Shown here in pieces: positions 54,401 through 64,000 of a stretch of DNA of 64,000 nt (position 1 is the stretch's first letter; each line of letters opens with the position of its first letter). Location: the NCBI GenBank assembly GCA_012295275.1, contig CM022665.1, positions 26,102,001 to 26,166,000 of the forward strand, read 5' to 3'. The translations under genes and the position numbers were made by a program. The notes under the pieces are model-generated. The model searched no databases, was not told the DNA's origin, and saw only the letters and a list, made by a program, of their open reading frames with translations. This stretch comes from Chrysomallon squamiferum (lineage: Eukaryota; Animalia; Mollusca).

Positions 54401-54572
54401 TTCTTCTTCCTCTCTGTGGCAAAGTTTTTTCGTAGTCAACTTTTTTATATAGTATATTGCCAGGTTCAATTTCATCAAATAAACAGTCAGATGTCAAAGT
54501 AATATTTAAACAAACAAATAAAATAATAAATATCTGAATAAGCCATGTGATATCTAAATCCAGTTTTCCCAT
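45472..54572 (-). CDS. CIROP: Leishmanolysin-family (M8) zinc metalloprotease, CIROP/LMLN2-like, type I membrane protein (17 coding exons, 789 aa)
   Basis: Minus-strand exons in consistent phase: 54572-54254, 53792-53714, 53463-53409, 53013-52864, 52046-51918, 51587-51509, 51093-50951, 50653-50582, 50118-50016, 49658-49592, 48991-48898, 48562-48464, 48123-48001, 47722-47554, 47050-46829, 46404-46272, 45805-45472 (2370 nt). Features: hydrophobic N-terminus, prodomain CLFDEI, furin-type [35 protein letters not shown], zinc motif [10 protein letters not shown], third ligand SSHW, Met-turn [23 protein letters not shown], Cys-rich region, C-terminal TM. QGSLMT and DPITLA favour CIROP over invadolysin/LMLN, but orthology is not tree-tested. 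Confidence 0.85.
46405..46828 (-). other. Non-canonical GC-AG intron (intron 15 of the CIROP-like gene)
   Basis: Donor ATG|GCAAGT at 46829/46828 gives the phase-1 junction needed by acceptor tttcacag|AG at 46404. Nearby downstream GT dinucleotides are phase 0 or 2. Confidence 0.75.
51299..51340 (-). mobile_element. Short 3' tail remnant of the same SINE
   Basis: aaggaatgaaagatacgttttatttaatgatgtacccaa resembles the reverse complement of the SINE 3' end. It is short and AT-rich. Confidence 0.35.
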
Positions 54573-55200
54573 CTCATGTGTTTTTTGCTTTGTGTGGCAG
54601 TCTTTTATGATGCAAAATAAAATAAAATAAATGGTTATCTGCTACATTATGATTATCACCATCATTAGAAACGGTTCAGACAAATAATTTTATTATTAAC
54701 CTCATTTCTAGCAAAGTTTATAAAGAAACAACAAATAATCCATCAGAAAATTATTCCGAATTCAAAGATCATTAGCTTGAAGTCGAGATGCTTTCTGTAA
54801 TAAATCATTAATGACAGCAATTAAGGGCTTTTTCAGGTTAATTTTGATACGAGATTAGTTACGTTAGTAGATTTTTAATTCTGAACAGTTATCTGTCTGG
54901 TTCTCTTGTACTAATAAATAATCCAGTTAATCATTCTGACACCACTTGGATTTCGCGGGTTGCACAGTAGATCAAATATTTATATTTTTATTCACAACTA
55001 ACCGGAACTGACCAAGTTATAATACTAAATAGTGCCAAAAACTATAGAGACTACAATTTCTAATAGAACTCGAGCGTCTATTGGTTAATACTAGATGTTA
55101 CAATATTCCTCATTTGTCTATTGTGACGAACATGCTCTGATCGAATTATTTTGTCAACTTCCGCCATGTGGCGTATGTCGTTTGTGTTAAAAATAAAACA
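54573..55200. promoter_or_regulatory. Bidirectional promoter shared by the CIROP-like gene and THUMPD2
   Basis: The divergent ATGs are 628 bp apart. CpGs reappear locally. ETS/YY1-type composite acttccgccat at 55157-55167, ccggaa at 55002, attgg at 55080. Confidence 0.7.
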
Positions 55201-58200
55201 ATGAGTAGCTTTTATTGTACTGCTGGGAGGGGAACAGAGAAATTTGCGTGCAGCGAATGCAGGGAACTTTTTCAATCAAGTCAGGTATATTTCAAATCAA
55301 ATGTTTCAAAAAACGAATAAAGATACCTACTTATATTTATAAGAAAAAGAAACGAATGCGCGTTGTTCGAATTCAGTTGTTATAGGCCCACAGGGCAATA
55401 TACTTAAATAAGCTAAGGCAGCATACTTATTACTCTAACATAATTACATCGAATTAAAACTAATCTCAGAATATAAATTATATGACATAAAACTTCTTGT
55501 TATCGCAAAAGGTTTCTCAATTATTTTTTTTTAAATCATGATTTAACGGTCAGAATTTAAACATCAAGTAGGTGCCCGCCAAGTGCCACAAGAACCAGAC
55601 ATGATATCAATTCAGTCATATAGTAAATTATTTATATCTAAATAATATAAGAAAGGTCAAATACAAATGATTTTTTAGGTAAAATGCAAATACTCTTGAA
55701 TATAATTGTATAAATTTAAATTCAAATACTTTGTAAATTGTAATTTACTGTATTTTGTTAAACATTACACAAAATTTAATTACAAACATCAACACATCTT
55801 ACCATTAAACCTGAGATCATGCCATCTGTACTGAAAAATCTCTCTACTAAACTGGATAATGAGGTCATTATTTATAAGTACTAATAAAATAATTTTAACT
55901 GAAATCACAAAGGGAAACAATTTCATCAATTTTTTTTTTTTTTAATATTTAATAGGCAATGTCACTTGTAAACAATAAATATCTTTAATATGTGTTGCTT
56001 GGTTGTTTTTTTTGTTTTTTTTTTTTATTTCTTTGTTCGAATAACCATAATTTATTCTTTGTGATAATCTTTTTTAAAATTATTTTCCCCTATTCTAGGT
56101 GTCAGTGATAGATGGAAAAGTGTTTTTTACCTGCATACCAAAGGTTACAGCTGAACAAATTAATGGATTGAAGTCAGTGGAAAGAGTTTTTGTAAAAATC
56201 AATTATCTGCCAGCAAGTGAAATAGCTGGAAAAGGTATGTATTTAACATACTATTATTTCTGTTCATGACTGATTGTTTTTTATGGTTAGTACTAAAAAA
56301 TGCAAGCAATTTAATTTATTTCTTCTGTCAGTGTTACTACAATACCAGTAGCTTGGCAATGTTGCTTTATTCCATTTTCAATTCTGTCATTTTAAATGTT
56401 GTAAACTTTTGAGATTAAGTGATTAAGTTTTATACCTTTAGTTATTAATAAACGACTTGGAAACAGTTTGGTTTTATTAATATAAAATTAGTGTTAAAAG
56501 AAAAATATTTCTTTTCATTTAAGATCATTTGGTGCATGAAGTTGGTTCACTTAATACCTTTTGTGCTCAGATTAGTTAGAGAATACTTAATGATTTATCT
56601 CAGATGGAGTTGCCATTCAATACCATCTTCATAATTAAGTTCTAATTTTATTTCTCATCTTCCAGTTTGATTAATTTTTATTTCAACAATGCAAACAACC
56701 ATGATGTTTCAACTGTATTCACATACCAACATGCATACTAAGTCTGTTTTCATGTTATTTTAGACAAACAAACATTCGTTCAGTCGTTGTGTGAGAAGAT
56801 ACTTAACAAGGATGACGTTGTTGTAGCTTTCAACACATACAGTGAGTTGTTTGCTGTCAATGATGATGTGGAAAGCAATGAACCTGCAAGTAAGAAAGCC
56901 AAGTATGAAGAAGGAGATAACAAAAATATTACAACAGACACTGTTCCAACATTCCGAATTTCCTGCAAGGTCAATGGCAGATTTAAAGGAACCATTCATT
57001 TACAGGTTTGGACTGTTCAAATTCTGTGTATTGCATCTATACTTATTTGAAATGAAAACAGCATCAGTATTGATACTTACAAATATTTATTTAGATTTTT
57101 TAATTAATGTCTTTTTAAATTATAGTGAGCACACATTTTAAATTTCATTTATAATTTTGATAGTTCTTAACTCAAGACAAAATATATGACATTACAGTTA
57201 GGTTGTGACATACCTTTTTACCGAATACAATATCTATGTTGTAACTCCACAGATTTGTTTTTGTTCTTTTATATTTCGTTTTGTTTTTAACTATTTATTA
57301 TTTTTCAGTTTATCATTATAATGTGATAGGAATATTTCATTACTTTCAGATCAATGTTTTGTTTTGACTTGTTTGTTTTATAGCACCTATCGCAACAACT
57401 GGGAGAGAAAATCATCAGCTCCATGGGCTGGAGAGTTGATCTGAAGTGTCCAGAAATTGAGGTATGCCTTCTGTAATAGAGGACAGATTAGTCTAATGTG
57501 TCATCTCAGAATGATTATATTGTGACAGTTGCACACATCTGCTGCAGAAGCAGAACATTTCTGTGAGGCTTTTTGTTGTTAGGAAGCCATGCATTGTTTC
57601 TGTTTTGCTGGTGCTATTTTATATATAGATATCTTTTTATTATTGTTGTTGTTGTTGTTGCTGTTGTTTTACTGGGGTTTTTTTTTAACTTTGTTTTTAT
57701 TTATTATGTATTAATGTATTTTTCAACACTGTTTATTTGATAATTCATTGCATAATGTATTATGTTCATAATCTATATAGAAGAAAGATAAATTTTAACA
57801 TTTCAGATCAATGTACACATCAATGATGAACATGTTACAGTTGGAATGCCTACATCCAAGTATGTTTGTAAATTTAAAATTTATTTAAAATTATCAAACT
57901 TAAGAACATTGAATTATAAATTTATGATCTGCAGTATTCCTTTGAAGTTTCATCCTTTTTAGTTATGACATGGTATGATATGTTTCTCTTTTACGAAAAG
58001 GAATTTATAATAAATGTAATTAGATATATCACTGTATCTGATGTAATTTATCTTCATTATTGATTAGATGTATTAATTCATTTCCTCAAATAGTATCCAA
58101 TAGGATGGTTAGTCACTGAATGGATAACATTATCCTGGATGGGAAAAGTAAATTCCACTGTTTTAATTTGAAACTTTGTTTTTTATTATAATTTTCAGGA

Positions 58201-61037
58201 ACCCGGTTTCCAAAAGAAATTACATAGCTCATTCAGGACTCAGATCTACCATTTCATGGATTATTTGTAGGCTAGCAGATATACAGGTATGTTATTTTCA
58301 GTGTACTGAACGTTTGTGATAGCTATAGCATGATACTGTCATGGTGTATGTTTTTATTTTATATATATATATATTAATAAAATAATTTGTTTACTTTAAG
58401 TGTGTCAGTTAGAAATAAAATAGTTAATAGATTAATACTTAAATGAAAAATTTGTTTTCTTTTGGTACGAAAATCTAAAGCCAGGAGACTTGGTGCTTGA
58501 TCCTTTGTGTGGGAAGGCTACAATTCTGGTGGAAGGAGCACTTGCTGTAAAGGTAATAATTACAATAGAGCTGTAACTTCTCATCTTGTTAAGAAAAAGG
58601 TACAAATCATAATCATGCCAAAACCCATTTTGTATGTTATTAAGTTGTTCTTAAAATATCCTTAACATTTCACTGGAATCTGTGTTTAGTCTCATTTTCT
58701 AAAGATATACAGTTTTTTCTATGTATATGAAATATCATGAAATATCATGATAATTATTACTATGTTATTTATATAGCACCTTTTCTATACGAAGTTAATT
58801 CAGAGTTGCTTTACAGTGTAAACTAATACTACTAAAATACAAAAAAGACAATGGACATAAACTTATTAAAGTAAATGTAAACATAATGGTGAACATCTTA
58901 AAATGGTGGTAAAAATAAACGAGTCACATTTAAAAATTATACAAGATAATTAATAGACTAGTTGGAATATTTTAAAATTGGAAAAATAAAGCTTAGCGAT
59001 ATATGATAGTTTCTTAATATTCTTGCAGTACTTTCATTACTTCAGATTATAAACCATACTTGTGCATGTCTCTAAATCATTTACAGATTGAAATTCTTTT
59101 TCATTTATTTTTTAAAGAAGAGAAATGTGGCCATTCTCTTAAGTGTAAATAAGAAATTGTCACACTGGTCACAGAATGTTCCACTATATGATTTTTTTTC
59201 AACATTGTTAAATTCGGTGACAGAGTGCTAGCCTGCAGCATGGTTAAAGGATATATCTTCATTCAAGCTCCAATTACATTTTTTCCAATTTCAGACAGTA
59301 CTCTGCAACTGCTAATTATCTAAGGCTGTAGTATGTACTTTGTTTTCCACTAGAATCATATATAAGATATTGGGCTGCATTTTATTAAGATAGTCCATGA
59401 ATAATGAAAGCAAATTCATTCTCGAAGATGCCATCATATAAAAGAAATATAGAAATCTCTAATAACCATTAATACTAAGAAGTTATTATTCTTTGTAGAA
59501 ATACTCAGAATTAATTTGAAAATGTTCTCTTATTTGTTTTGATTTACTTTTCTATATTACAGTCTGGAGTTTTCTTAGGATGTGATAACAACCCATACCA
59601 GTTGAAACACGCAATGGAGAATAGAAAGTCTGCTAACATTGAAAATAAACTTCAGTTTTTGTGCTGCAATTCCTTAGGTTTGAAATAATATATTTAGATA
59701 TATATACATGAATATATTTGTACATGTGTATTAGTTTGGAAAATTTATATATAGTCTTTTTAAAATATTTATATTTATTAGGTACTCCCAAATAACTTAG
59801 TGATATGCACTACACAGATAGTTAACTTGTTGATTAACAGTTACACACAATATTTATTTGACATTTGTATATTGTTATAAAAAAATATATATAATTTTGT
59901 CAATTTAAATGAAGAAAATTATATGCCCTTAATATTTTGTTTTGCATTTTTTTGTGGAGGTGTTTTGGACTTTTAAAAAAAAAAATGTTTATTTATTACA
60001 CTGTTGGATTTGTTAACATTTGCTTTGCTAATATTATTTACCTTTCAGGACTGCCAATTAGAAACAATGTTATAGACAGAGTCGTATGTGACGCACCATT
60101 TGGTCACAAATACACAACAGATATAAAGCTGGAAAAGTTCTACTCTAAACTACTCAGGGAAATATTGAGGTAAACATCCAACATATTCTGGCATGTATGT
60201 AGTTGTAAAGTCATTATGAAATCATATGGTTAAAAAAATTGTTGAAATCATCCAGTATTTACTTGTATTGTAAGGATTAAATATTTTATTATTATTGCTG
60301 GATTAATTTTGGCTATCATTATATGTATAATTTTAATGGTTATTTTTTGTTTCTAATAATAATAATAATATTTACTTTGCAGAGTTTTGAAATTCAAAGG
60401 TAAGGCTGTTGTTATGACTAGTGCAAATATGAGATTGTTTGTTTTAAAACAATTAAAAACTCTTGACAGCAGCATAGCCACATCATCAACCTCTGACATA
60501 ACTTCAACTGCCAGTGACAAAAACACACTGCCTTTAGAAAACCCTGAAACAAAAGGTCAAATTTCTAACAAGAATATTCCGTCTTATGAGCCAGAAACAT
60601 GTGGTGAAACTGAGCAGGGAAATGAGAATCAAAATTCACTGCAGAGATTACAACATTCTGAAACAACAGAATGTACAGAGAGTGATGTTAAAATGAAACC
60701 CATCGATGATCAGTCAGATTCACTCAGCTCAGTTGAATTGAAGCCTTCGGAAGAAACAGTATCGTCAACAATTGATAACAGTTCAGACAACAATCACAAT
60801 GGAAAGGAAACTCATGACACCAAAGCTGAGGCAAATGGTGGTCTCACTTCTGCTGAATCTGAGATCAACAATACCTCTGTTAATGATGATGATAAGTCAG
60901 CTGGTTCACCAACTCAAAAGGACAAGGATCAAATAAAAGAAAGTCAAACAGATGATGCTCAACTCTATTTGTTGGAGGATCATTATGTTAAACTTGGAGA
61001 AACACCAGCTTATTTAATAGTAATGCAAAAGTGCTGA
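55201..61037 (+). CDS. THUMPD2: THUMP domain-containing protein 2, RNA (U6 snRNA) m2G methyltransferase (10 coding exons, 547 aa)
   Basis: Exons 55201-55284, 56099-56234, 56764-57005, 57384-57461, 57807-57859, 58199-58286, 58481-58552, 59563-59677, 60049-60169, 60383-61037 (1644 nt, phases consistent). Diagnostic peptides: FYCTAGRG, GKVFFT, LKSVERVF, TFRISCK, GWRVDLKCPEIE, GLRSTISW, VLDPLCG, CDAPFG, VKLGET. Confidence 0.93.
58765..59200 (-). mobile_element. Decayed L2/CR1-clade LINE 3' end in THUMPD2 intron 7
   Basis: Minus-strand tgtaaagcaactctgaa...gaaaaggtgctatataaataa matches the conserved L2-type 3' tail. Upstream broken peptide WNIL...HLRE...SSLKNK resembles the RT C-terminal WNxLP...FK motif. 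Confidence 0.5.
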
Positions 61038-61993
61038 TGAACTGCAGCTAAAACAAATATTTTTTCTTTGTGGTGAAAATATTTTCAACTTGCGTTGATT
61101 TAAAAAAAAAAATGAATTAAGAATTTAAAAAAAAAAAAGGGCATTTATTTCCAAGCATTTACTTTGAAGTTTTGAAGTTGTTGTTAATTTGTTTAATGTT
61201 TTTTTATTATTATAAGAATTCAGGGAAAATGGTTTCAGGGTGGTGGCACTGAGACTTACCTGTTTTTGAGTTCAATGAACCTGCCTAATGATGACAACTG
61301 TATTTTTTATATTTTGTTTTTATATTGAAATGACTTTTAAAAAATATTCTGTCCAGTAAATGGAGAAAACTGACAATGCTCAGTCATCATAATTTTTAAA
61401 ACATTTCATTTTATTCTTTGTCAAAATATTGCATGTTTTATGACAATCATTTCATGTTAAATCATTTCACAGTTGATTTATTTTGTTATTTCTCATTAAC
61501 ACTTTTTCATGGAGATCTCTTTTTGTAACTGAAGTTTAAATTACAAATGTTCTGGTTAGCAATTTATCTTAAAATTTTGAACATTCATTCATGGTATTCT
61601 GCAAATTGTGTTATTAATAAAGTAGTTTAGTTTTTATTTTCAATAAAAATTTCAGATAACAAATATTTGTTGGGTTTTTATTTATACGCCAAATAAAGAA
61701 ATTTTATTCATAATTATCCACACAATAAAATTTGTGTTTGTACGAATAGCCCTTGTCATGAAACCCACTGTGGATTTCTTTTCTAAGATTTAAAAACATT
61801 GCATAATTAAATTATGTCCTCGCATAAACTACAAAGAGAGACTTTTCATAATTTTCAAATATGACTGTTTATAAATAATTAAAATTTCCCACTAATAAAG
61901 TGATACCAAAATATATGTCCATATTAACATAAAAAAATATACATTTGTGCAAATATATGAAGAGAAAGTTACTCAATATTGCAGATCTTTGCT

Positions 61994-64000
61994 TCATAAC
62001 TGAAAAGTTGCTTTACATTTATCAGCAATCATTTTTGCAATAGCAAGTGATGATGTAGCTCCTGGTGATGGAGCATTTCTAACATGAATAATATTTTTTC
62101 CCAGTTGTCCTGAGCCACTATCAAAGATAAAATCTTCAATTAAATTGCCGTCGCTATCCACAGCTTGAGCCCGCACACCTGTCAGGCCTCTAAAGTAACA
62201 AACAAATTATATACATAAATGACATTAAATGTTTTAGTTGTGAGTGTTGGTCTCTCTCTATCTCTCTCTCTCTCTCTCTCTCTGTGTATTCAAATTATAA
62301 TGGAAACAAGTTTATTTTAAAAAATGATTTCACTAAAAGTAATAAAACATTTCAATAATGAATTTTTTTCTAAACTTCTTAACATTATGCTTGTAAATAA
62401 TTTTTAAATAAATATTTAAAACATTTATTCAAAGCATTTATTTATTATATTTCATCTACATTGATAAGTTGAAAATAAATTTTTATAATAGTTTTTGTTA
62501 TATATGTGTATAAAGATATTTATATTATAGATTTTAAATTCAATCTTTCAAAGATCTTACTTCCTGACATCTTTCAGACTGAGAGACGGTATATATCTCT
62601 GAAGCTGTTTAACCTGTGCTGAATAGAAAATGCCTTTGTACATCTCCTCAGCCCCATACATCAGATTACGTAAAGCCAGTTTCCTCAAACCACTACAAGT
62701 AAACAAATTATGAAGCTAAAACAAATCATTCCTGAAAGGTGATTTCCTCTTCACTTTCTTTTTTTATTATTTCTTTTGTGTTTTAGAAATTTCAATAATG
62801 AGATGTATTATATCAATATTCTTTACAACATGACACTACCAAAATTCTTGTAGATGTAGTAGTATGGTTATTCTTTCTCATGCAAGAAAACTATTACAAC
62901 TTAAATATCTGTAAATATACAATACATTAAATATTTACTTTTGAGACACTTCATTAGTGCTCTAGCTCAGAAGGTATCATACATACTTAAACATTAATAA
63001 CAGCATGTGAACAGCTTTAATAATTAAGCATGGTATTCGATTAGCAGAATCTGAAACCACTGATTTTATAGCATGATAGTTAATTAAAAGAGTTAGCATG
63101 AAATTGACATACTCCAAACTAAATTAAACAAGCACACCTGTAGCTTAAAGCATCAACCATGTCAGTAATACTGAGCTGCAGGTAACCATAACCTTCTCTC
63201 TTGAAAGCAAGGACAGCATTAGGTCCCAGCAAAACTTTGCCATCCATGCGTGGAGTGAAGTGAACTCCAAGAAACGGGAATCGAGGATCAGGTACCTTTA
63301 TAGAAAAATAATAATAAATATTTTATATCAATAAGGCTATTTATTCTTCATCTTCTTTGAGATCAAAACTAATAAAGTAAATTCATATTTATCTCTTTTT
63401 TTTATCTAGGATGAAAAAAAACATTTGAAAAAGATTTTCATAAAAATGTTCATGCACTTGAGTTCAGAATGAAGTATTTTATAAGCAAATAAAAAGTTAA
63501 CTTCTCAAAAGTATAAAAATTCAATATTTTTCACTTACTGGATAAATATTCCCTCTGACAAGATTACATTTCTCTGGTACCAACTCTAGATATTCTCCCC
63601 TGAATGGAAGAATTCTTGGATCATGTTTACATCCTGACATCTGAGCCAGCCTATCAGAATGAAGACCTCCACATGTGACTACATACTTGCATTTGATTGG
63701 AGTATTCTGAATTACAAATAAGGTATCTGTCATAAAACAATTTAACTGTCCAATGAGTTTAGATCAAAAATTATTTATCACAGCCATCTGACTCAATATT
63801 AATGCTGGGTATCATTTTTAAATGGTTTAATAATAAAATCTGATCTGTCCATCTTGTCTTTACAATTACAGTATCACCAGAACGGCCTTATTTAAGATTC
63901 AAAACAATATTAAAAACAATTTAAAATGTTCACACTTTTCAGGAAATTTCACCTCTGCTGACTTGCCAAATATGGTTATAGGAAAGTTTATTCCATCGTG
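61994..64000 (-). CDS. L2HGDH: L-2-hydroxyglutarate dehydrogenase, mitochondrial (3' part; 5' end lies beyond the window)
   Basis: Minus-strand exons >64000-63953, 63706-63539, 63295-63138, 62692-62561, 62189-61994, all in phase. Peptides: [86 protein letters not shown]. Confidence 0.96.

Overview
This is AT-rich, microsatellite-dense animal DNA, not prokaryotic. It is probably a gastropod mollusc, inferred only from a recalled SINE family. The left ~27 kb has no recognisable coding exon. It consists of CpG-retaining, motif-rich islands separated by simple repeats, with four copies of the Hairy/HES site GGCACGCGC. A candidate minus-strand first exon near 23.2 kb suggests this is the regulatory first intron of a gene lying off the left edge. 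The right ~37 kb holds four spliced genes, reconstructed by hand with every junction in phase: ABCD4 (+, 17 exons, 617 aa), a CIROP/leishmanolysin-like M8 metalloprotease (-, 17 exons, 789 aa, one GC-AG intron), THUMPD2 (+, 10 exons, 547 aa) and the 3' end of L2HGDH (-, partial). Decayed mobile elements (SINEs, two hAT MITEs, an L2 tail, a MULE relic) and two minisatellites built on ABCD4 splice acceptors are also present. The most novel-looking items are a CIROP-like protease in a probable spiralian, tandem acceptors 8 nt apart that would switch it between membrane-anchored and secreted forms, and the HES-site landscape. No CRISPR array, rRNA, tRNA or recognisable miRNA was seen. All homology calls come from recalled motifs, not database searches.
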